Source: a virus (Duplodnaviria; Heunggongvirae; Uroviricota; Caudoviricetes). Taken from it: DNA of 39,670 nucleotides. Within the stretch, counting starts at the first letter, position 1. Every line of letters starts with the position of its first letter. Positions 28,711 to 37,365 of this stretch are shown piece by piece. A model generated the notes under the pieces. It saw nothing but the letters and a program-made list of their open reading frames with translations, was not told the origin of the DNA and did not search any database. Position numbers and translations under genes: made by a program. The stretch spans positions 1 through 39,670 of the IMG/VR virus record IMGVR_UViG_649989947_000012; one strand, given 5' to 3'.

Positions 28711-29322
28711 TTAAAGAGAAAAACTAAAGCCCAGAAGGGAAGCCAAAGAACTTGAGGATTGGTTAAACGTGCTGTGCAATGCGAAGGTCATTGGGAATGA
28801 CTTAAATTCCGTGACCTGATCCCGCGCATAGGTGACATCGCCGGTAGTAACCGGGAATACCGTCATCTCATTTTCCAGTTTGGTTAAACCGGAAGACAGC
28901 AACCGATAAATACGCACATTGAGCAAATATTTAGACGGTATATTCCCAGTACCGTCCGGATTGATCACCCGACTTTTTGCCGTCTTAAACCAGTCCAAAA
29001 CGAGGCCATCAACGGTATCCCTGACCATCATTGTTATCTGCCCAGGCGAACGCTCCGTTGGTTGAAGGATATTCCCTCCGCCGATTTTAATCGTTTCATA
29101 TTCGATGCTGTAATCGTGGTAGGTAATATCTTTGGCAAAGAAGTCTGCCCCCTCCAGTCCATCAACTTCGACAGAGAACTGCCATCCTTGCGCGAACAAC
29201 ATTTTGTTCATGATGATTGACGTCAGCTTACCAACTTCCCGCTCACCAACGCCGGAGCCAAATAATGTCGTCGTTAATGCCGAAGATACATAAGACTTTA
29301 CTGAAGCAACATTAAGCCCCAT
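28711..29322 (-). CDS. tail tube-like protein (203 aa)
   Basis: Size and position typical of tube proteins; no diagnostic motif. Confidence 0.35.
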   Translation of the reverse strand: MGLNVASVKSYVSSALTTTLFGSGVGEREVGKLTSIIMNKMLFAQGWQFSVEVDGLEGADFFAKDITYHDYSIEYETIKIGGGNILQPTERSPGQITMMVRDTVDGLVLDWFKTAKSRVINPDGTGNIPSKYLLNVRIYRLLSSGLTKLENEMTVFPVTTGDVTYARDQVTEFKSFPMTFALHSTFNQSSSSLASLLGFSFSL

Positions 29323-29332
29323 ATCAGCTCCC

Positions 29333-29923
<591 letters not shown>

Positions 29924-29957
29924 TTAACCGATTCTACGAGTAGTCATTTGTGACAGG

Positions 29958-30434
29958 TTATTTTGCGCGCTTCAGGCAGCCATCTTCAGGTGCCGCGTTG
30001 AAAAGCTCTGCGGCCTTACGTAGCGTAAATGTTGCGATTTTTTTTCCGTCTACGTATGCATCGAATGTTTTAACTTCCATATCAGGGGTATCTGACCAAA
30101 AACCATACCAGTAACTATCACCCACAGAGGAACCGATAGAACTGATAGGATATTCATCATCACCAACTTTCAGCGTTATTTGTTCTTTTTTAGCATCAAA
30201 TGACTCACCGCCAGGTTCTGTTTTCATGAGAGTGAGTAGTCGTGTTCCTACTTGATTGGGATCCGTATTATTAAATCCAACATCGCACTCAAATGTAAGC
30301 GTATAATTATCTTTGCTGGAAACAGCATAAGAGCGAACGCCATGAGTCTCGCTGGTGGACCATTTGCTTACATTTGCCATTGATGAAAACGGAGTAAGCA
30401 AAGCAAGAATTAGAAAATATCGTTTGATGCGCAT
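29958..30434 (-). CDS. secreted protein with N-terminal signal peptide (158 aa)
   Basis: MRIKRYFLILALLTPFSSMANV signal-like N-terminus; lies in the sim-equivalent position. Confidence 0.4.
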   Translation of the reverse strand: MRIKRYFLILALLTPFSSMANVSKWSTSETHGVRSYAVSSKDNYTLTFECDVGFNNTDPNQVGTRLLTLMKTEPGGESFDAKKEQITLKVGDDEYPISSIGSSVGDSYWYGFWSDTPDMEVKTFDAYVDGKKIATFTLRKAAELFNAAPEDGCLKRAK

Positions 30435-30485
30435 TAATTTATCTCCTTTGGATATTAATATTTTAATTAGTTAACCACCATATAT

Positions 30486-31133
30486 TCACCATTCATAGGG
30501 TAAATTAAGCGCTTTTAAACCTTGCTGGAAAGTATTAAGAGAGCCGTTTTTTTGTTGTTCCATTTTTTCGCGTGCAGCTTTCTCATACTGCTCCATCCGT
30601 TGGTTATACTCTTGCAATTCCTCCGGGGAGAGGTTTCCCATTGGGGAGTTTGTACCCGGCCCCCTGGCCCGTTCTTCAAGCGTACCCTGAACGTTTTGAT
30701 GGCGCATTCCCGGGGCGTTTCTGATTGAATCAATGCCATTTCTTCCAACGTCTTCTTTATTAACGGCATTGCTCGCCACCAGTACGCCCCAGCTAGGGAT
30801 AGCAAAATCAGGAGCGGTTTCGCATGCCTTTACCATATAATCGAAAGAGCTTCGATTGATCTCGTTTGCGTCGGGATTTAATAGGCGAGAATATTGATAT
30901 TTAGCATTTTCGTTGGTTGCGACTTTATACAGTTCTTGCTGCACCATCGCTTCAGAAAGTTTAAGGCGTTTCATATCTGATAGTAACTTCTTGCGCATGG
31001 ATTCGTCTTGACTGACAGCAAAACCGTAAACGTGCCCAAGGTATTTCGTATAATCGGTACAAATCTCCTTTACGCTTGATGCTGCATTAACAGTCCCAGC
31101 CATAAATAATAACGGTAGTAATAGTTTTCTCAT
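30486..31133 (-). CDS. Sim-like periplasmic superinfection-exclusion protein precursor
   Basis: Signal peptide MRKLLLPLLFMAGTVNAASS from the internal ATG with a GGTGAGG ribosome-binding site; shares a PGMR…VQGTLEERAR motif with the tape measure. Confidence 0.5.
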   Translation of the reverse strand: MRKLLLPLLFMAGTVNAASSVKEICTDYTKYLGHVYGFAVSQDESMRKKLLSDMKRLKLSEAMVQQELYKVATNENAKYQYSRLLNPDANEINRSSFDYMVKACETAPDFAIPSWGVLVASNAVNKEDVGRNGIDSIRNAPGMRHQNVQGTLEERARGPGTNSPMGNLSPEELQEYNQRMEQYEKAAREKMEQQKNGSLNTFQQGLKALNLPYEW

Positions 31134-31229
31134 TATAACCTCACCTGCCTTATAACTCATTTAGGGTACATATTTTCGCCTTTAAAAAAAAGAGGTTATT
31201 AGATCCAATTGTGTATTTATTAAGCATAT

Positions 31230-31246
31230 AATGCTCTAATAAATTT
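31230..31246 (+). promoter_or_regulatory. C1-operator-like 17-mer AATGCTCTAATAAATTT
   Basis: One mismatch to the consensus; lies upstream of the icd-ant operon and is followed by TTTTAAGT. Confidence 0.4.
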
Positions 31247-31560
31247 GTATTTTTAAGTCGCGAATGCTATCTTTTCGCATCATGTTGACCTTTTAATCGT
31301 TCAGGCTTATAGTTCCGCCGTCGTAGCAAATTCTGCGACCGGGTTTAGCAGCCTGAATGATTGTGCGGACAGCCGCAGATATCCGATATTGCGGTATTTT
31401 TGTGTCCGTAAAACCGCGTTACGCCCAAATTATGGTGGGGCGTGATGGGGAGGCTTCGGCCTGCTGGTTTCACAATCGCCAGTCTGCTAACCCCGTCACG
31501 TCCTGCCACCTGTTTAGCAGCGGGTAGCAGGTTGTTAAACCTGATTGTGAGGCCGTAACT

Positions 31561-31782
31561 ATGGTTAATGCCAATCCTTGCGCACGCCAAGAATTCATCT
31601 GGCGTTTCTATTCCTGTAAAAAACACCACTATCACTTCGTTATCGCAGCAACTGAAGACGAAGCACGCTCTCAATTGCCTGATGGCCCCTGCATTTTTAC
31701 TGCCCGTTTTTCAACTAACTCGCGCAATTCACTTAGTTACTGGAACCTCCCCTTCTCTGCCGACGTTCAGGGGGTTTTATGA
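31561..31782 (+). CDS. icd: Icd-like small protein (73 aa) overlapping the ant start
   Basis: 73-codon ORF ending 4 nt into ant, matching the P1 immunity-I arrangement (from memory). Confidence 0.45.
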   Translation: MVNANPCARQEFIWRFYSCKKHHYHFVIAATEDEARSQLPDGPCIFTARFSTNSRNSLSYWNLPFSADVQGVL

Positions 31783-32816
31783 AAAAACCTCTCGTCACCC
31801 GTAATGACATAGCCGAAGCGATCGCCCTGCATACTGCCTGTATGCCGACACGGGAGATCCCCGGCGCAATTGCCAACTATTTCATGATAACCAGACGTTT
31901 TTATACCCGAACAGATAAGGCTGTGATCAACAGGCTACTGATAGCCGAGATCAGGGATTATTTGATTGAACAAGGACGTCTACGTTACGCAACAGTGGCA
32001 GCAGAAATGAGAAAGGAGGCACATATAATGACCGGTAATAATTTGAATGTTGAAAAACCAGCACCTGTTACGTCAGCTACGCCAGCACCAGCCGTGAATA
32101 TTATCCCCAACACCGGAGACACAATCGACAGCCTGACACTGTTAAAGATGGTCAATGAAGCGCGTAAGTTATGTGGGGAACCAGAGGTTCGGAACAACAA
32201 ATTCATCGAAAAAATACTCGATGAGCTTGATGGTGAGCACTACACAAAAAGTGTAGTGGAAAAAATGAACAAAACATCAATGCTTGTCATAACCATGACT
32301 TTCAAACAAGCCCTGCGAGTCGCCGCGCGCGAGTCAAAAGCGGTCCGCCGTTCGCTGATCGACAAACTGGAAGAATTACAGCAGGCAAACTCCCCTACCC
32401 CATCGATCCCCCAGACATTACCAGAAGCCCTACGCCTGGCTGCCGAGTTAGCAGAACAGAAAATGCAGTTGGAACAACAGCTGGTGGCCGCAGCCCCTAA
32501 AGTCGATTTTGCCGACCGGGTATCAGTGGCCAATGGAATCCTGATCGGGAACTTTGCAAAGGTCGTTGGACTTAAGCAAAACGCTCTTTTCTCATGGTTG
32601 CGCCAGAATGGCATTCTCATGGCTTTTGGAGCGCGCAAAAACGTACCGCGCCAACAGTACATCAACGCCGGGTATTTCACTGTGAAAGAAGTGGTGCTGG
32701 ATGATGAAAATGGCTACCAGATACGGCTGACGCCCCAATTAACGGGTAAAGGCCAGCAGTGGTTAACTCGCAAGCTACTTGATGCTGGTTTGTTAAAACC
32801 AGTAGCAATAGGTTAA
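31779..32816 (+). CDS. ant: antirepressor (Ant-like, 345 aa)
   Basis: C-terminal domain (SLPEALRLAAELAEQK…GKGQQWL) repeated in the downstream KilA-like protein; internal in-frame Met (MTGNNLNV) could give a shorter form. Confidence 0.6.
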   Translation: MKKPLVTRNDIAEAIALHTACMPTREIPGAIANYFMITRRFYTRTDKAVINRLLIAEIRDYLIEQGRLRYATVAAEMRKEAHIMTGNNLNVEKPAPVTSATPAPAVNIIPNTGDTIDSLTLLKMVNEARKLCGEPEVRNNKFIEKILDELDGEHYTKSVVEKMNKTSMLVITMTFKQALRVAARESKAVRRSLIDKLEELQQANSPTPSIPQTLPEALRLAAELAEQKMQLEQQLVAAAPKVDFADRVSVANGILIGNFAKVVGLKQNALFSWLRQNGILMAFGARKNVPRQQYINAGYFTVKEVVLDDENGYQIRLTPQLTGKGQQWLTRKLLDAGLLKPVAIG

Positions 32817-32894
32817 CAAAAGAAAAAAACCTGCCAGCAAACTGGCAGGTTTCTGAGCAGATCGACCAACCCGATCTGGATCGAGTTAGAAAAA

Positions 32895-32911
32895 TTTGCT
32901 CTAATAAATTT
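32895..32911 (+). promoter_or_regulatory. C1-operator-like 17-mer TTTGCTCTAATAAATTT
   Basis: Upstream of kilA; followed by TTCTAAGT. Confidence 0.45.
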
Positions 32912-32980
32912 CGTTTTCTAAGTGCAAAGAATCACCATTTCGAGCTGGTGATTGAAGGTTGATGCAAATTTGGAGAAAAA

Positions 32981-33781
32981 ATGCAACAAACATTCAATGC
33001 GGATATGAATATATCAAACCTTCATCAAAATGTCGATCCTTCAACCACTCTGCCTGTTATTTGTGGTGTTGAAATTACGACCGACCGAGCTGGCCGTTAC
33101 AACCTTAATGCTCTACACAGAGCGAGCGGACTCGGTGCCCATAAAGCGCCAGCTCAATGGCTAAGAACGCTGTCAGCTAAACAGCTCATCGAAGAGCTTG
33201 AAAAAGAAACTATGCAGAATTGCATAGTTTCGTTCGAAGGCCGTGGCGGCGGCACTTTTGCCCATGAATTGCTCGCAGTGGAGTACGCAGGCTGGATTTC
33301 TCCCGCGTTTCGGCTGAAGGTAAACCAGACATTTATCGACTATCGAGCCGGAAGATTACAACCTGCTATTCCGAAGAGCCTCCCAGAAGCTCTCCGTTTG
33401 GCTGCTGACCTGGCAGAGCAAAAGCAACGGCTGGAGCAAAAAATGCTGATGGATGCACCTAAAGTCGAATTCGCCGAACGCGTTGCTACCGCCAGCGGGG
33501 TTCTAATCGGCAACTATGCCAAAGTGCTCGGCCTGGGCCAAAACTATCTCTTCACCTGGTTGCGTGATAACGGAATTCTGATCGCAACCGGTGAACGCAG
33601 GAACGTCCCCAAACAAGAATACATATCCCGTGGGTATTTCACCCTTAAAGAAACCGTGATCGATACAAGCAATGGAAGCAGGATTTCTTTCACGACTCGT
33701 ATAACCGGCAAAGGTCAGCAGTGGCTGATGAAGCGATTGCTTGATGCTGGTGTGCTGGTACCTGTCGCGGCAACGCGCTAA
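32981..33781 (+). CDS. kilA: KilA-like protein: KilA-N domain plus antirepressor-type C-terminal domain (266 aa)
   Basis: N-terminal domain VICGVEITTDRAGRYNLNALHRASG; C-terminal half paralogous to Ant. Confidence 0.65.
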   Translation: MQQTFNADMNISNLHQNVDPSTTLPVICGVEITTDRAGRYNLNALHRASGLGAHKAPAQWLRTLSAKQLIEELEKETMQNCIVSFEGRGGGTFAHELLAVEYAGWISPAFRLKVNQTFIDYRAGRLQPAIPKSLPEALRLAADLAEQKQRLEQKMLMDAPKVEFAERVATASGVLIGNYAKVLGLGQNYLFTWLRDNGILIATGERRNVPKQEYISRGYFTLKETVIDTSNGSRISFTTRITGKGQQWLMKRLLDAGVLVPVAATR

Positions 33782-33810
33782 CAGACGTAGTAAGAACCAC
33801 CAGCATTGTA

Positions 33811-34656
33811 ATGCTGGCTAAAGTCACTTTCCTGAGCTGTATAACGATGAGCGATTTTACTTTTTCTGGCTATGAATTGGCCTGCTTTGTAACACACTCC
33901 GGTCTATCCCGTAGCGCCGGGCATATCCTGTCGCAATGTGCAAATCTCGCGGCAACAACCAGTGAATACTTCATTCACAAGCCTCACCGCCTGATCGCGG
34001 CAGAAACTGGTTATAGCCAATCAACCGTCGTTCGTGCATTCCGTGAAGCTGTAAACAAAGGAATTCTGTCTGTAGAGATTGTTATCGGCGATCACCGTGA
34101 ACGTCGCGCTAACCTGTACCGGTTTACACCATCCTTTTTGGCCTTCGCACAACAAGCCAAAAATGCGCTGATTGAAAGCAAATTAAAGATCTCTTCAGCG
34201 GCAACCAAGGTTAAAGCTGTTCTCGCTAAGACATTGGCTTTATTTAATTTTTTATCCACACCCCCATGTCAAAATGATACCCCCTCCCCCTGTCAGGATG
34301 ACGTGGCAATAAAGAATAAGAAGTCACAAGTTAAAAAAACAAAAAGATCAGTTTCCGGCGGTGCCGGAACGACCAGACTCAAAAAATTGACTTCATGGAT
34401 CGCTGAGGCAAAAGCAAAGGCTGACAATCTGCGGTTATCCAAAAAACGCGCTCAAAAACATGAGTTCAAGCAGAAAGTAGAGGCGGCAGCGCGGAAATAT
34501 GCTTACCTGAAGAACAAGCGTTCTCCTGATATTGGCGGGGTATCAAACTTCGATAATCTGCCGCATTGCATGACGGTAAACGAAGCTCTTAATGCGGTTT
34601 TAGCCAAAAATAAAGATAACGAACAATGGGGTATACCGGCAGGATTCAGAGGGTGA
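33811..34656 (+). CDS. repL: lytic replication protein RepL-like (281 aa)
   Basis: Size and position after kilA; basic, serine/threonine-rich central region. Assignment by synteny. Confidence 0.55.
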   Translation: MLAKVTFLSCITMSDFTFSGYELACFVTHSGLSRSAGHILSQCANLAATTSEYFIHKPHRLIAAETGYSQSTVVRAFREAVNKGILSVEIVIGDHRERRANLYRFTPSFLAFAQQAKNALIESKLKISSAATKVKAVLAKTLALFNFLSTPPCQNDTPSPCQDDVAIKNKKSQVKKTKRSVSGGAGTTRLKKLTSWIAEAKAKADNLRLSKKRAQKHEFKQKVEAAARKYAYLKNKRSPDIGGVSNFDNLPHCMTVNEALNAVLAKNKDNEQWGIPAGFRG

Positions 34657-34706
34657 TAGATTGCTCTAATCTGGAGTCACCTGGCGTTTTCAGTTTGAGG
34701 TCGGAG

Positions 34707-34952
34707 ATGCAATCTGATTTTTTACAGTTAGCAATCGCTTTTGCAGGATATGTTTGTATTGGCTTCTGTGTATACATGATCAGCCGAAAAATGCTTGTCG
34801 ATATCGACCGCAAAGAACAAGCAGAGAAGATCTTAGTATGGATTTTCTTTGGCGCGGTCTGGCCATTAGGGATCATGTTTGCTGCAACATTTCTTCTGAT
34901 GTGGATATTCACCCTTCCAGGTGATTTCTATAGAAAAAAAGCCAGACATTGA
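34707..34952 (+). CDS. small membrane protein (81 aa from internal start)
   Basis: Two hydrophobic segments; GAGG ribosome-binding site before the internal ATG. Confidence 0.35.
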   Translation: MQSDFLQLAIAFAGYVCIGFCVYMISRKMLVDIDRKEQAEKILVWIFFGAVWPLGIMFAATFLLMWIFTLPGDFYRKKARH

Positions 34953-35075
34953 TACAATCGTTGCGGGTGCTTGAGGCTATCTGCTTCAGGCATTACCCGA
35001 AAAGCAGATAGAAGAAAGCCCCAGATAACATTACGCGTCCTGCAAGACGCTTAACATTAATCTGAGGCCATATCT

Positions 35076-35282
35076 ATGCTTAGCATACGTAGATTAGCCT
35101 CTTACCGACCAAAAGGTCAAGGAGAAGCAGGCTATGAAGCAGCAAAAAGCGATGTTAATCGCTCTGATCGTCATCTGTTTAACCGTCATTGTGACGGCAC
35201 TGGTAACGAGGAAAGACCTCTGCGAGGTACGAATCCGAACCAGCCAGACGGAGGTCACTGTCTTCACAGCCTACGAATCTGA
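35076..35282 (+). CDS. mok-like reading frame overlapping hok
   Basis: 68-codon ORF that starts upstream of and overlaps almost all of the hok-like gene, as in hok/mok/sok loci. Confidence 0.4.
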   Translation: MLSIRRLASYRPKGQGEAGYEAAKSDVNRSDRHLFNRHCDGTGNEERPLRGTNPNQPDGGHCLHSLRI

Positions 35283-35289
35283 AAGGTAA
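35134..35289 (+). CDS. hok: Hok/Gef-family type I toxin (51 aa)
   Basis: Hand translation MKQQKAMLIALIVICLTVIVTALVTRKDLCEVRIRTSQTEVTVFTAYESER; ribosome-binding site GGAGAAG. Below the 60-aa ORF-track threshold. Confidence 0.75.
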   Translation: MKQQKAMLIALIVICLTVIVTALVTRKDLCEVRIRTSQTEVTVFTAYESER

Positions 35290-35366
35290 GAGACCTGGCG
35301 GGGAGAGATCTCCGCCACTCTTCGTGTGTCAGGTATCCTCAATGCACCCTTTCCTCTCCAAATAAA

Positions 35367-35390
35367 AAAGCTCCCGAAGGAGCTTTAAAA
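35367..35390 (-). terminator. rho-independent terminator ending the minus-strand structural operon
   Basis: Hairpin AAGCTCC-ttcg-GGAGCTT followed by TTTTTTATTTGG on the minus strand, just after the stop at 35406. Confidence 0.55.
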
Positions 35391-35405
35391 TACAAGGGAT
35401 TACTA

Positions 35406-35915
35406 TTAATCCCACTCAATCCAGTTGTAGACGATACGAAGTGACGGGCGCACAGCGGCAGTCACATCTTCGGTACTAAAGTCGATTGCATCACTGTAGA
35501 TTTTGCAGTCCAACATTTCAATTGTTGTAGCAGCTTTTGTCACAGCGTTAACCCCGGAAGATTTGGATTCAGGGGTAGCAGCCATCGTGATATCAACATA
35601 GTCCTTCGCCGCAATGCGATCCTTGATGAACTGAAGAATATCGCCTTCGATAGTCTCCACGCACTGGACCTGGATTTCCCCAGAGTTTCGAATTGGTCCG
35701 TGCTGGTTGAACTTCACACCATTCGGACCATAGTCCTCCACATCCTCGCGGGTCATTTCAGGAATTTGCGACGTGCGAACCAGTACGCTGATATCTTCAT
35801 GGCCTGCAAAAGTGAGCTGGAATTCAGAAGATACCAGTCGTTCGCCTTTGGCCGCGTTGGCAGTATAGCGGCCCTTAATAAATTTACGGTTTCCCTTAGT
35901 GTTATTGTGCCCCAT
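35406..35915 (-). CDS. virion structural protein, possibly tail-tube or baseplate related (169 aa)
   Basis: Position in a co-directional structural cluster. Confidence 0.3.
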   Translation of the reverse strand: MGHNNTKGNRKFIKGRYTANAAKGERLVSSEFQLTFAGHEDISVLVRTSQIPEMTREDVEDYGPNGVKFNQHGPIRNSGEIQVQCVETIEGDILQFIKDRIAAKDYVDITMAATPESKSSGVNAVTKAATTIEMLDCKIYSDAIDFSTEDVTAAVRPSLRIVYNWIEWD

Positions 35916-35926
35916 ATAAAATCCTT

Positions 35927-36508
35927 TTACTGGAACGCCCGAACAATATCGGAGCTGTTATATATCGAAGAACCGGTCAACTGGAGGTTGACGGTGTTTT
36001 TCAGGAAATGCCCATTGCTGTCCCTGGGCGCATCGAGATCGAAACTTATGTCCTGGATAGCGACATCAATGATGTTGATCCGGCGACCAATGTTTAGCGT
36101 CACACGCTCCGGGATTCGACCACCAATACTGGCATCTTTAAGTTCCGGGCTAATCATCGCTGACAATGCGGCGATAGCGCCTGAAACCTCCATGAATGGG
36201 TCAAACAAAGCGATGAAAGTTACTGGCAGCGTGAAAGTCGGCGGTGTTCCCCCCTCCCAAACCATTAAGCTGTTCCAACGGGCCACCGACGTTGTTTCAG
36301 TACCAACCTGCGCAAAACCACTGAAAGCACCAGCAACAGACCCCATGGACATACCGGTAAACGGCGCTTCCCAATTCTGGGCCATGTTCATTGCCGCCCC
36401 CTGGCTGATATATCCGGTAACCTGGTACTGAGAGTTCGTTAAAGTAACTTTCAGAAATGGTGATACACCGTCAGCCTGGCTGTAAACCCCATAAGGTATA
36501 GGTGCCAT
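35927..36508 (-). CDS. virion structural protein (193 aa)
   Basis: Position only. Confidence 0.3.
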   Translation of the reverse strand: MAPIPYGVYSQADGVSPFLKVTLTNSQYQVTGYISQGAAMNMAQNWEAPFTGMSMGSVAGAFSGFAQVGTETTSVARWNSLMVWEGGTPPTFTLPVTFIALFDPFMEVSGAIAALSAMISPELKDASIGGRIPERVTLNIGRRINIIDVAIQDISFDLDAPRDSNGHFLKNTVNLQLTGSSIYNSSDIVRAFQ

Positions 36509-36543
36509 TCAAGTTAAAGGCCGGAGTTCTCCGGCCTCCTCCT

Positions 36544-37356
36544 TTAGCCAAGGCGCTTACGGCGCAGTTTCATTGACTTTTTGCGGGCCAGTTTTGCCGC
36601 GCCGGTCTGGGCTTTACGACGTGCTTTTTTCAGCGCCGATTTTTGAGCCGCAGTCAGACGTTTTTTACGCAGGCGTTTACGGATGAGTTTGATCTCACCG
36701 TTACGAACAACCTTCTTAAATGCTTCAGTCAGCATTTCATCAGAAGTGCCAGCAACAACAAACGCCGCTTCCAGTTCGTCACGGTCGTCGCTATCTAAAC
36801 CAGCGATAGAGGCACCAACATCAGCAGCTGCGTCGTCGTCTTCATCGTCAGCCAGTGCTTCGATCAGGTCATCATCTACACCGCATGCTGCGAGGAAGTC
36901 AGCAACATTTGCCCATGCTTCGTTATAGGCATCGTCCTGTTCTTCTGTAACTTCGGAGTCGTCGTCGTCAGAGATACCAGCGATAGCCTGAACGAAACCA
37001 TCAAGGGAGTCGAAAGTCAGATCACCGCTATCGGCCCAGGCGAAAACGGCATCGGCCGCATTACTCAACGCATTCTGCATAGCACTTCGATTTGCAGCTT
37101 CCAGAATCATCTGGTGCGCCTGTTCGACGGTCCATTCTTTACCGTCTTTCCCTTCCAGGATTTGCTCAGGAGCCGGGTCAGATGGAACGTTATCGTTAGT
37201 CTGTGCCGCCGGTTCCGGATTATTAATAACCGGATCTGTTGGCGGTTCGGCGCTTGCTCGGGCAGACTCCATCAGCTGCACAGGATCAGAGTTCAAAGCG
37301 AAACGAGACAGTCCATTCCCCAAAAATGCCCCGGATTGAAAAAAGTTTTTGCTCAT
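36544..37356 (-). CDS. acidic protein with strongly basic C-terminal tail (270 aa)
   Basis: Asp/Glu-rich core and a Lys/Arg-rich tail (LIRKRLRKKRLTAAQKSALKKARRKAQ). Confidence 0.35.
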   Translation of the reverse strand: MSKNFFQSGAFLGNGLSRFALNSDPVQLMESARASAEPPTDPVINNPEPAAQTNDNVPSDPAPEQILEGKDGKEWTVEQAHQMILEAANRSAMQNALSNAADAVFAWADSGDLTFDSLDGFVQAIAGISDDDDSEVTEEQDDAYNEAWANVADFLAACGVDDDLIEALADDEDDDAAADVGASIAGLDSDDRDELEAAFVVAGTSDEMLTEAFKKVVRNGEIKLIRKRLRKKRLTAAQKSALKKARRKAQTGAAKLARKKSMKLRRKRLG

Positions 37357-37365
37357 TGTATTCCC

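Noticed and set aside
31345-31674. Minus-strand 109-aa ORF in the immunity-I leader
   Set aside because: Lies antisense to the expected c4/icd region, is Cys-rich and has no start context.
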